From positions 1-19,189 of the forward strand of contig NZ_JAQFIQ010000043.1 of NCBI RefSeq assembly GCF_029504745.1: 19,189 nt of DNA. Reading direction: 5' to 3'. The stretch is from Breznakia sp. PF5-3 (GTDB lineage Bacteria; Bacillota_I; Bacilli_A; Erysipelotrichales; Erysipelotrichaceae). The translations under genes were made by a program, and so were the position numbers. The notes under the pieces are model-generated. The model had not been told where the DNA came from, made no database searches, and worked only from the letters and a program-made list of their open reading frames with translations. Each line of letters starts with the position of its first letter. The stretch's first letter is position 1. Shown here piece by piece: positions 1-7,815 of this stretch.

Positions 1-45
1 ATTTAAAACAAAATAAAAGCTTGGCTGCAAAAGCATAACCAAGCT
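1..45 (-). terminator. Rho-independent terminator downstream of the YitT-like gene
   Basis: On the minus strand, stem AGCTTGG/CCAAGCT (plus coords 18-24 and 39-45) with inner TGC/GCA pairing. It is followed by the T-rich tail TTTTATTTTGTTTT (reverse complement of 1-17). Confidence 0.6.
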
Positions 46-112
46 GTATATAAATTTTATTTATTTCATCTGTCTACTTGACAGGGGTAACATCAAAAGG
101 TCGACTTTTTTG

Positions 113-724
113 TTATGCTTTTTTATGTTGGGTAACAATTTTAATTGTTTGAATAATTACTAATAGGGCGAAAAAGCTAAACGCAGAAATTAATATATTT
201 TTAGTAATAACTCCAGATGCTATTACAACAAAACCATCTAAGAATAATAGAATATTGGAAAGTTTTAACTTTTTAAAGAAATATTGAATCAGTAAAGCGA
301 TAACATCTGTACCACCAGTTGCACAATCATGATTCAAGGCAATTCCAATCGCACTTCCTACCAAGAGGCCTCCTACTATAGCGGAGATACTTAGTTGAAG
401 TAATGGAATGTGTGCTAATCCTTCAGTTATATTAATAGATGGAATGAGTGACATACAAATAGGTGTAGCAATGGTAATATATAGTGTTTTTATACCAAAG
501 CTTTTTCCTAATAAAACGGTAGCCATGATTAACAATGGGACGGATATTGCTAAAGTCATGTAAGAAATAGGAATGTTGGTGATAGTGGAAAAGATGATGG
601 ATAATCCAGTGATTCCTCCAGGTGCTAATCCAGTACTCTTGAAAATCATATTAACTGCGAGAGCGGTTAATATGGATGAGATAGTAATCCAAAAATAGTC
701 TAGAATAATTCTTTTATACTTCAT
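113..724 (-). CDS. YitT-family (DUF161-type) integral membrane protein, membrane domain only
   Basis: Protein MKYKRIILDYFWITISSILTALAVNMIFKSTGLAPGGITGLS... is multi-TM with the GGxxG-type YitT signature. I moved the start to the internal ATG at 724, which has a GGGGAGA SD 5 nt upstream. The longer ORF (to 871) would overlap the upstream gene and lacks an SD. Confidence 0.75.
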   Translation of the reverse strand: MKYKRIILDYFWITISSILTALAVNMIFKSTGLAPGGITGLSIIFSTITNIPISYMTLAISVPLLIMATVLLGKSFGIKTLYITIATPICMSLIPSINITEGLAHIPLLQLSISAIVGGLLVGSAIGIALNHDCATGGTDVIALLIQYFFKKLKLSNILLFLDGFVVIASGVITKNILISAFSFFALLVIIQTIKIVTQHKKA

Positions 725-740
725 ATTGTCTCCCCTTTTA

Positions 741-766
741 AAAGAACTCTCTGCGGAGAGTTCTTT
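741..766 (-). other. Strong intercistronic stem-loop (11-bp perfect stem, 4-nt loop) between the epimerase-like gene and the YitT-like gene
   Basis: AAAGAACTCTC (741-751) / GAGAGTTCTTT (756-766), loop TGCG. The stem includes the stop codon of the upstream gene (765-767). There is no clear U-tract on the minus strand, so it is more likely a processing/stability or attenuating hairpin than a full terminator. Confidence 0.5.
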
Positions 767-1481
767 ATTCCAAATTGTATTTTTTTGCGGCATCATCAAT
801 TGCCTTACGACATTTTTTGTATCCAGCAGTAATTCCATCAGGATCTTTAAAGATAGCACTAGATAATACAATCACATCAGGATTGCATGCAATCAGTGGA
901 TCCATGTTATCGCTACGTAATCCACCATCGATTGATAGTTCACATTCTGGATTCTTTTCATCAATTAGTTTACGTGCACGTTTTACTAAATCAATGGCAC
1001 TTTTTCTCCAGCCCCAATTATCTTTACCATCGGTTTCGTCAACACCATGAGTTACGATGTGCAAACGATCAATGTCATAAATTGATTCTTCTACAAAACA
1101 CAGTGGAGTATAACAGCCTACGGTTAAACCAAACTTTATCTTTCTCTCTCGACACCAATTTATAATGTAGGCTAGTTGTGCTCCAATGAAATGCTCAGCA
1201 GGTAAGATTAGCATATTTGCCCCTGCTTCATCAATTTGTTCAATGAACATTTTATCCATACTTACGGTATAGATATGGCATTCAATTGGTTTATCTGTTT
1301 CAGGACGAATCCCAGCAATTACTTGATGACCACCCATCAATTTCATATTCTGTAAATCGTGCATATCAGCTGCATCTGCATGAATATAATCCACACCAGC
1401 ATCACTTACTTCTTTTACTAAATCTGCGATTCTACCATAGTTTACGTGTGCTAAACCAGCTGCAATTTTTATATGTTTCAT
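765..1481 (-). CDS. Ribulose-phosphate 3-epimerase family (TIM-barrel) protein, divergent member
   Basis: 238 aa. Equivalents of the RPE metal/catalytic motifs are recognisable: IHADAADMHD (canonical HxDxMDGHF), ECHIYTV (canonical second His) and SIDGGL (canonical xVDGGx). SD GGAGGA lies upstream of the ATG at 1481. Confidence 0.65.
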   Translation of the reverse strand: MKHIKIAAGLAHVNYGRIADLVKEVSDAGVDYIHADAADMHDLQNMKLMGGHQVIAGIRPETDKPIECHIYTVSMDKMFIEQIDEAGANMLILPAEHFIGAQLAYIINWCRERKIKFGLTVGCYTPLCFVEESIYDIDRLHIVTHGVDETDGKDNWGWRKSAIDLVKRARKLIDEKNPECELSIDGGLRSDNMDPLIACNPDVIVLSSAIFKDPDGITAGYKKCRKAIDDAAKKYNLE

Positions 1482-1508
1482 ATTTGTCCTCCGTCTTTAA
1501 GCACCTTC

Positions 1509-1537
1509 ATTTTACGTTATTGCAAATGATTAATCAA
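1509..1537 (-). promoter_or_regulatory. Putative sigma-A promoter for the epimerase-like/YitT-like unit
   Basis: Minus strand reads TTGATT (rc of 1532-1537), a 17-nt spacer, then TAAAAT (rc of 1509-1514), about 25 nt upstream of the start codon. Confidence 0.45.
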
Positions 1538-1698
1538 TAATCTAGGAGGATAGATAATAGCCACAATATTGAGGTAATTCTTAAACATTATCATAAGAAA
1601 ATTACCACAAGATAATGGTAGGAAATACCTACTTCAAAAGATAGTATCAAAGTCATAAATTCTATATTATATAGATGAGTACGTAAAGGAGAAAAATT

Positions 1699-2175
1699 AT
1701 GTTTAAACGATTTAAAAAAGAAAAGATATCACTTATGAGTGTTGGAGAAGGGAAAGTGATTGATATAAGTGATGTGAAAGATGAAGTGTTTTCACAGAAA
1801 ATGTTGGGTGAAGGATTTGCTATTGAAGTTGAAGGGGATACATTTTATGCTCCTATCGATGCAACTGTATCTATGGTGTTTCCAAGTATGCATGCTGTGG
1901 GGCTTAAAGGAAGTGATGGATTTGAAGTTTTGATTCATATTGGTATTGATACTGTAAATGAGAATGGAGAAGGATTTACATCTTTTGTGGAGATGAATGA
2001 TGAAGTAAAAAAAGGAGAAAAATTGGTTACAATTAATCGTGAAGCGCTTTTGAAAAAGGGCTATGATTTAACTACGGTTATTGTTTTCACAAATCCAGAT
2101 GCTTATTCATCTTTTGAAGTAGAAGTAGGAAAGAAGGTCGTATTAAATGATGTGGTGGCATCTTATATCAAATAG
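1699..2175 (+). CDS. crr: PTS glucose-family EIIA component (stand-alone, Crr-like)
   Basis: 158 aa with VFSQKMLGEGFAI and the phosphorylatable-His region HAVGLK...VLIHIGIDTV typical of EIIA(Glc). SD AAAGGAG lies 8 nt upstream. Confidence 0.9.
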   Translation: MFKRFKKEKISLMSVGEGKVIDISDVKDEVFSQKMLGEGFAIEVEGDTFYAPIDATVSMVFPSMHAVGLKGSDGFEVLIHIGIDTVNENGEGFTSFVEMNDEVKKGEKLVTINREALLKKGYDLTTVIVFTNPDAYSSFEVEVGKKVVLNDVVASYIK

Positions 2176-2223
2176 AAGATTATATATTCAACAATCAAAT
2201 ATTTATGATGATAATCATTGAGA

Positions 2224-2232
2224 TGTTATAAT
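2224..2232 (+). promoter_or_regulatory. Extended -10 promoter element (TGtTATAAT) upstream of the SDR gene
   Basis: TGTTATAAT at 2224-2232, about 45 nt upstream of the ATG. Only a weak -35 (TTATGA/TATGAT) is present. Confidence 0.4.
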
Positions 2233-2275
2233 TTAAGAATACATAGAAGACTTAAATTAAGTAGGAGGACATCCG

Positions 2276-3046
2276 ATGAGCACAGTTTTAATTACAGGAA
2301 CAACAAGTGGCATAGGTTATGAATTGGCAAAGATATTTGCTCAACAGAAACAGCATTTGATTTTGGTTTCTAGAAATCAAGAAAAATTAGAAAAGCAAAA
2401 ACAAGAGCTTGAAAAAAATTATGATATAAAAGTATCGATTTATGCTTTTGATTTGGCTCTTCCGTTGGCTGCAAAGCAGGTGTATGAAGTGGTTAAAGAG
2501 GATGTTGATATCTTAATTAATAATGCTGGCTTTTATGAATATGGTAAGTTTCATGAAGAGAACTTAGAAAAAGAAATGGAAATGATTCAATTACATAATA
2601 TGTTTCTTACAGAGCTTACAGGGCTTTATGTGAAAGCAATGGTAAAGCGAAGGAGTGGGAAAATATTAAATATTGCTTCTGCGGCGGCTTTTGCAGCATT
2701 GCCATATGGGGCAGTGTATGGTGCTACCAAAGCATATGTTTTGTCGTATTCTAAAGCTTTGCATTTGGAGCTTAAACCATATGGGGTAACAGTTTGTTCG
2801 CTTTGTCCTGGAGCTACCCAAACAGAGTTTGCAAGAAAGTCAGATATTGAATCCACACCATTGTTTACAAGGTTTGTCATGAATGCAGAAGATGTTGCTA
2901 AAGTGGCATATAAGGGATTGATGAAAAATAAGAATATCATCATCCCAGGAGTTTATAATAAACTATTATATGTAGGTTCAAAACTAACTCCTGTATCACT
3001 TATCAATTGGGTATTATTAAAAATGATGAAAAAAAAGGAAAACTGA
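2276..3046 (+). CDS. Short-chain dehydrogenase/reductase (classical SDR) family oxidoreductase
   Basis: N-terminal TGTTSGIGYELA (TGxxxGxG), NNAG, and catalytic S...YGATKAY (YxxxK). SD AGGAGG lies upstream. Confidence 0.85.
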   Translation: MSTVLITGTTSGIGYELAKIFAQQKQHLILVSRNQEKLEKQKQELEKNYDIKVSIYAFDLALPLAAKQVYEVVKEDVDILINNAGFYEYGKFHEENLEKEMEMIQLHNMFLTELTGLYVKAMVKRRSGKILNIASAAAFAALPYGAVYGATKAYVLSYSKALHLELKPYGVTVCSLCPGATQTEFARKSDIESTPLFTRFVMNAEDVAKVAYKGLMKNKNIIIPGVYNKLLYVGSKLTPVSLINWVLLKMMKKKEN

Positions 3047-3058
3047 GGTTTCCTTCTT
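3029..3058. terminator. Bidirectional terminator shared by the convergent SDR and PRD-regulator genes
   Basis: Stem AAGGAAA(A)C / GTTTCCTT around loop TGAG (the SDR stop codon sits in the loop). It is flanked by A8 (3029-3036), giving a U8 tail for the minus-strand transcript, and by CTTAATGTT on the plus side. Confidence 0.6.
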
Positions 3059-3062
3059 AATG

Positions 3063-4604
3063 TTATTGTGCATCTTTCATTTTTCTTAATAGGGGATCAT
3101 TTTTGATTTTATAGTATTCTTTCACAATATCCTTTAAACGAACAATATCATAATCTTCAAGAATAGGACTGATTTTTAAAATCGGTACAGAGGTTTGCAA
3201 ATGCAATTCAACTGTTGAGATGATTAAATCGATATGTTGTAAAGATTCTTCATATATGGATATAAAGGATGCTTGAGAAACAATTTCAATCTCTGGTATT
3301 TGACGCATAAGTTTTTGGGTTAATAAGGTACTTGTTCCCATTCCCCCATTACATACGAGGATGGTATGTAGCGGTTCTTTAAAGTGTTCTAAAGCCGCTG
3401 CTAGATGTAATGTGAGATAACCTATTTCATCTTCACTTACGCTAATATCATATGTGTTGTTGATGTAGTCTACACTTTTTTCAACTATCTTATACGTATT
3501 TTTATAAAGTTTTTTTATTTCTATAATCAATGGATTTTCAATTCCAATATTATGACGAAAGCGTGTAACTGCTGGATAGAGATGTGAATAAAGTGATTTA
3601 TATAAATTTTTATCTTCATGAAATGGAAGTTGTAGTTGTTCACTCCAAGATGTGATTAAAGCATTATAGATTTCTTTTGCTTCTTTTTCATCATCTTTAT
3701 TAATTTGTTTGCTATTTTGCATAGATACAAAATAAACTTGAAGATAACGAATTTCTGTTTCGTTGAAAGAGATATCATAATGCTTTGATAATGTATCGGT
3801 AATTTGATGCGTTTCTTCATAGAGTGGTTGATTTTCAAGTTCCTTTATAAAATGTTTAGATAATGTTACATATTGTTTTGATTGAACACGTAATAAAGAA
3901 ATAAGAATATGTAGTAATACAAATATTAAAGAATCAAATGTAAGTGATGATAGATAGGGGTTCATGGAATTTCTTAAGAGGGTCACAAATTCTTTGATTT
4001 CATCATCATTGATATCAAGACCTTCAAATACCATAGATCCATCACACTCATAGGCATCGTTATTTACGATGTTTGCGAAACTGTGATATCCATTATCGTG
4101 TACCATAAGTTCAAGTAATAGATTTCTTTTGTTTCTTTCTTTTCCTTCAATATGTAAACCATTGTTATTTTTTCTAAATAATTTTATTTTTTCAGCATTA
4201 AGTAACTTACTAACTTCGTTTATATCTTTGTGGATGGTTGCACGACTGACATATAATTCATTAGCTAATTCATAAATACGATAGTTGTGTTCACTCGTTA
4301 GTAAACGCATAGCAATATATATTTTTCTTGCATCTGGAGAAAAATCAATGAGTTCTTTGTTTTTTTGTTTGAGGGTATCAGCAATTCTTAATTTATTGTC
4401 TTTAGGGCCTTCAATAGTAACCCCTACACCTGTTTTTTTGATAAGTTTTAAATCATTTTCTGCTAGCCATTCTTGTACTAGTTGTAAATCATTACGAATG
4501 GTTTTGTTTGATACTTCTAAATCTTTAGAAATAGTATCAATTGTAATATATTCATCTTTTTGGAGTAGAATATCAATGATTTTCATCACACGTTTGTTTA
4601 TCAA
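3063..4604 (-). CDS. PRD-domain PTS-controlled transcriptional regulator (MtlR/LicR/ManR-type: HTH-HTH-PRD-PRD-EIIB-like), lacking a C-terminal EIIA-like domain
   Basis: - Two N-terminal HTH segments (ITIDTISKDLEVSNKTIRNDL; IYELANELYVSRATIHKDI).
- PRD-like His-containing helices (LLHILISLLR; YLTLHLAAALEH).
- EIIB(Gat/Lac)-like ILVCNGGMGTSTLLTQKL near the C-terminus.
- Start is uncertain. The ORF opens with GTG at 4613, but the SD AAGAGGTGA overlaps that GTG, so I favour TTG at 4604, 5 nt after the SD. Confidence 0.85.
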   Translation of the reverse strand: MINKRVMKIIDILLQKDEYITIDTISKDLEVSNKTIRNDLQLVQEWLAENDLKLIKKTGVGVTIEGPKDNKLRIADTLKQKNKELIDFSPDARKIYIAMRLLTSEHNYRIYELANELYVSRATIHKDINEVSKLLNAEKIKLFRKNNNGLHIEGKERNKRNLLLELMVHDNGYHSFANIVNNDAYECDGSMVFEGLDINDDEIKEFVTLLRNSMNPYLSSLTFDSLIFVLLHILISLLRVQSKQYVTLSKHFIKELENQPLYEETHQITDTLSKHYDISFNETEIRYLQVYFVSMQNSKQINKDDEKEAKEIYNALITSWSEQLQLPFHEDKNLYKSLYSHLYPAVTRFRHNIGIENPLIIEIKKLYKNTYKIVEKSVDYINNTYDISVSEDEIGYLTLHLAAALEHFKEPLHTILVCNGGMGTSTLLTQKLMRQIPEIEIVSQASFISIYEESLQHIDLIISTVELHLQTSVPILKISPILEDYDIVRLKDIVKEYYKIKNDPLLRKMKDAQ

Positions 4605-4627
4605 TTTGCTCACCTCTTATTAATCAA

Positions 4628-4656
4628 ACTATAAAAGGTGTGGTATTTTTTGTCAA
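4628..4656 (-). promoter_or_regulatory. Putative sigma-A promoter of the PRD regulator
   Basis: Minus strand reads TTGACA (rc of 4651-4656), a 17-nt spacer, then TATAGT (rc of 4628-4633). The predicted TSS lies just upstream of the SD. Confidence 0.55.
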
Positions 4657-4661
4657 GAATG

Positions 4662-4689
4662 TTGACAGTGAGGATATAATATTTATAAA
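4662..4689 (+). promoter_or_regulatory. Putative sigma-A promoter of pepV(-EIICB)
   Basis: TTGACA (4662-4667), a 16-nt spacer, then TATAAA (4684-4689). An alternative -10 is ATAAAT with a 17-nt spacer. Confidence 0.5.
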
Positions 4690-4708
4690 TCGATTAGGAG
4701 GAATGTTT

Positions 4709-6073
4709 ATGAGTAAGTTTGAAAAATATGTAATGAAGTATAAAGATGAATTTTTAAAAGATTTAGATAAACTTATCCGTATTCCTTCAATTCGGGATGA
4801 AACATCCAAACGAGAAGGAGCACCTTTTGGTGAAAAAATTCATGATAGTTTTTTGGTGTTTGCAGATATTGCTTCAAAATGTGGTCTTCAAACACATGAT
4901 TTTGAAGGTTATGCAATACATGCTTTTACTTCAGAAGAAACACCCTATATAGGTGTTTTAGGACATTTGGATGTGGTAGGAGTTGATGATAAGTGGAATT
5001 ATGATCCATTTGCTTTAACCCAAGTGAAACAGCTTCTATATGGGCGAGGGGTTAATGATGATAAAGGACCTCTTTTAGCAGCTTTGTATGCATTGCGTAT
5101 TTTAAGAGAACAAGGTCTATTGAAGAAGCCGGTACGTATTATTGCTGGTGGTGCTGAAGAAACAACATGGGAGTGTATGGATTATTATTTTTCTAAAAAC
5201 AAGCAACCACAATGGGCGTTTTCTCCTGATGGTAACTTTCCAATTGTGAATGGTGAAAAAGGTATCTTACAGTATGCTTTTAACTTTTCCCTTTCAAATC
5301 AAAAAGAGATTGAGATACAGTGTGTAAATGAATTGAATTATGTATGTGATGAAGTGAAAATAAAAATATATAAGGATTATAAGGATGTAATGAAGTATGC
5401 AAAACATGCATTCAAGATCAATGAGAAGGATGATGGTACGGAAATCATATATATTGGGAAAAAGGCGTTGTCACGAAACCCACATAAAGGTAAAAATGCT
5501 TTGTTTGCTTTTTTTAGTGATTTTGAAAAGTATCCTTTTCAAAATGATGAAACAAAAAGGTTAGTGAAATTATTTACGCAAGTATTAAATGAGGATATAT
5601 ATGGAAAAAAGCTTGGTATTTTTACTGAGGATGAAAACATGGGCGTGACAACAATTTGTCCAATGGTAATAGCATGGAATGCGATGGAACAGGTTGTATA
5701 CTTAGATATACGTTTTGTAAGGGGTATAGAGAAGATGGATATCGAAAAGAAAATTCAAGCATTGGGTGAACAATTTGGCTTTTCATATGCATTGATAAAG
5801 GAAAAGCGTTTGTTGTATGTTGATGCGAATTCACCATTAATTTCATCGCTTCAGTATGCATATAAGGAAGTGATGAAAGAAGAAGCTTCATTAATAAGTA
5901 AAGGTGGTGCATCCTATGCAAGAGTACTTGATCATGGGGTTGTCTTTGGTGCAACCTTTAATGATTACGATACAAGAGTACATATGGCAAATGAATGTAT
6001 GCCACTTGCAGATTTATTAAAAGCGATGGAAATCTTTTGTGTGGCAATTTACCGCTTGAGCAATGATTTGTAA
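4709..6073 (+). CDS. pepV: M20-family dipeptidase, PepV/Sapep-like
   Basis: IRIPSIRDE...GAPFG, GHLDVV, DPF...LYGRGVNDDKGPLLAALYAL and a C-terminal GGASYAR...HMANE are typical of PepV-type M20A dipeptidases. I moved the start to ATG 4709, 7 nt after SD AGGAGG (4696-4701). The annotated ORF start at 4640 has no SD. Confidence 0.85.
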   Translation: MSKFEKYVMKYKDEFLKDLDKLIRIPSIRDETSKREGAPFGEKIHDSFLVFADIASKCGLQTHDFEGYAIHAFTSEETPYIGVLGHLDVVGVDDKWNYDPFALTQVKQLLYGRGVNDDKGPLLAALYALRILREQGLLKKPVRIIAGGAEETTWECMDYYFSKNKQPQWAFSPDGNFPIVNGEKGILQYAFNFSLSNQKEIEIQCVNELNYVCDEVKIKIYKDYKDVMKYAKHAFKINEKDDGTEIIYIGKKALSRNPHKGKNALFAFFSDFEKYPFQNDETKRLVKLFTQVLNEDIYGKKLGIFTEDENMGVTTICPMVIAWNAMEQVVYLDIRFVRGIEKMDIEKKIQALGEQFGFSYALIKEKRLLYVDANSPLISSLQYAYKEVMKEEASLISKGGASYARVLDHGVVFGATFNDYDTRVHMANECMPLADLLKAMEIFCVAIYRLSNDL

Positions 6074-6184
6074 GCGGTGCCAAAAATTGCCATATTAATG
6101 GGGAATACTTGTGATAGATTGGCTGATAGCTATGAAAAATGGGTTATGCTAAAATGAAATCGAGTTAATAAGGAGGAGCAAGAA

Positions 6185-7771
6185 ATGAAAAAATTTCAGG
6201 CAAAATTGCAGACTTTTGCAGGAGCAATGATGGTCCCAATCATTTTGCTTGTACTAGTAGGTTTCTTTGTTGGTATAGGTAGTGCATTTACGAACTATAT
6301 CTTAGAAGAAGGAACATTATTGTATAAGTTGTTCTCGATGATCACTAGCCTTGGTTTCATGTTTATGAACCATTTACAGCTATGGTTTGCAGTCGCAATT
6401 GCATTTACACTTGCTAAAAAAGAAAAAGGATGGGCAGCATTTGCTGGGCTTATCATGTTACTATGTTTCACAAAGGGAATTGAAACATGGGCATCGTTTG
6501 AAGGCTGGAATGCAGATACAACCTCTGTAGAGGCATTGATGCAATCTGGATACAGTGAAACATCAGCGATGAACTTTAATGCATTATGGACAAATACTTT
6601 TGGGATGTTTACATATGATATGGGGATTTTCTCTGGTCTTGTATCAGGGGTGATTGCTGGATTGTTACATAATAGATTTGTTGATAAAACATTACCAGCG
6701 ATGTTTGCATTCTTTGCAGGTACAAAATTTGTTATTATTGTAGTATCTTTAGTATCGATTCCGTTGGCACTTGCATTTTATTATATCTGGCCATTTTTTG
6801 CAGGTGGATTACAATCAATAACTAGCTTCATTGGATCTAGTGGATTGTTTGGAACCTTTATCTTTGGTACATTAGATAAAATGTTATTACCATTTGGAAT
6901 TCATCATTTAATTGCATTCCCAATCGAATATTCAAAAGTTGGGGGAACAATGGTAATTGATGGTGTAACCTATGAAGGGGTTAAAAATATTATTAATGGA
7001 CAGGCTGCAAGTGCAACAGCTACAGGATACATTACACGTAACTTTACGAATGGACGGTTGCTATTCCAATTGGCAGGATTACCAGGAGCAGCTTTTGCAA
7101 TGTATCGATGTGCACGAGTAGAAAATAGAAAAAAAGTAGCATCTCTATTAATTCCTGCAGTATTCACTTTAGCGATGGTAGGTATATCAGAACCGATTGA
7201 ATATACATTCTTATTCGTCGCACCATTATTGTATTTCCTAGTATATGCGCCATTATGTGGACTTTGTTATGTATTGGCTGAAATCTTCCAGATTTCAATT
7301 AATGGAACAGCATTATTCTTTATGATTCCAAATCTATTCCAACCACAAAAAGTTCATGCAATGCATGCTCTATGGTTGTTGCCATTGACGTTTGCTGTAT
7401 ACTATTTTGCATTTAAATTTATGATTACAAAATTTGATTTAAAAACTCCAGGCCGTCAAGAAAGTGAAGAAGATATTAAATTAATGAGTAAAAAAGAGTA
7501 TAATGCAATTAAAGATGGAGCAGATGAATCATTAGAAGCACGTATTATTGAAGCATTAGGTGGTGCTGATAATATTGATAGTGTTACTTGTTGTGCTACA
7601 CGTTTGAGAGTTACAATGAAAAATGATGAACTCGTAGCAAGTGATAATATGTGGAAAGAACATCTAGAAGCATTGGGTGTTGTTAGAGGTTCAAATTCCA
7701 TTCAGGTTATTTATGGGGTAAGAGTTCAAAATTTAACGACAAAAGTAAAAGATATCTTGAATATTGATTAG
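6185..7771 (+). CDS. PTS glucose-superfamily EIICB transporter, alpha-glucoside/maltose (GlvC/MalP/AglB-like) type
   Basis: 528 aa. The multi-TM EIIC has GIHHLI and ISEPIEYTFLF motifs. A linker TPGRQESEE...SKKEY follows, then a C-terminal EIIB(Glc) domain with ALGGADNIDSVTCCATRLRV (phospho-Cys CATRLR). SD AAGGAGGAG lies upstream. Confidence 0.9.
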   Translation: MKKFQAKLQTFAGAMMVPIILLVLVGFFVGIGSAFTNYILEEGTLLYKLFSMITSLGFMFMNHLQLWFAVAIAFTLAKKEKGWAAFAGLIMLLCFTKGIETWASFEGWNADTTSVEALMQSGYSETSAMNFNALWTNTFGMFTYDMGIFSGLVSGVIAGLLHNRFVDKTLPAMFAFFAGTKFVIIVVSLVSIPLALAFYYIWPFFAGGLQSITSFIGSSGLFGTFIFGTLDKMLLPFGIHHLIAFPIEYSKVGGTMVIDGVTYEGVKNIINGQAASATATGYITRNFTNGRLLFQLAGLPGAAFAMYRCARVENRKKVASLLIPAVFTLAMVGISEPIEYTFLFVAPLLYFLVYAPLCGLCYVLAEIFQISINGTALFFMIPNLFQPQKVHAMHALWLLPLTFAVYYFAFKFMITKFDLKTPGRQESEEDIKLMSKKEYNAIKDGADESLEARIIEALGGADNIDSVTCCATRLRVTMKNDELVASDNMWKEHLEALGVVRGSNSIQVIYGVRVQNLTTKVKDILNID

Positions 7772-7774
7772 GTC

Positions 7775-7803
7775 TTAGGCAGGATGAATATCCTGCCTAA
7801 TTT
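7775..7803 (+). terminator. Stem-loop / probably leaky terminator after the EIICB gene
   Basis: 11-bp perfect stem TTAGGCAGGAT / ATCCTGCCTAA with loop GAAT, followed only by TTT and immediately by the SD of the next gene. Read-through is likely. Confidence 0.55.
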
Positions 7804-7815
7804 GAGGTGATGAGA

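Noticed and set aside
113-871. Longer N-terminal extensions offered by the ORF track for several genes: 113-871, 4640-6073, 10950-12338, 15191-16090, 7807-8328.
   Set aside because: In each case an internal start has a properly spaced SD, while the upstream start has none or would overlap the neighbouring gene. The extensions add non-homologous residues ahead of the conserved N-termini.
1612-1619. A third partial copy (ATAATGGT) of the box shared by the agaS and EIIBCD promoter regions, upstream of the EIIA(Glc) gene.
   Set aside because: An AT-rich 8-mer is expected about once by chance in a window of this size and composition, so it does not support a common regulon.
6076-6092. Possible sigma-54 (-24/-12) promoter GGTGCC-AAAAA-TTGCC upstream of the EIICB gene. 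A similar look was taken at TGGAGC...TTTGCA at 13883-13907 upstream of EIIB.
   Set aside because: GG-to-GC spacing is 11 nt at 6076-6092 and 17 nt at 13883-13907, against the strict 10 nt. The -24 hexamers match poorly. No sigma-54 enhancer-binding (AAA+) regulator such as LevR is encoded in the window.
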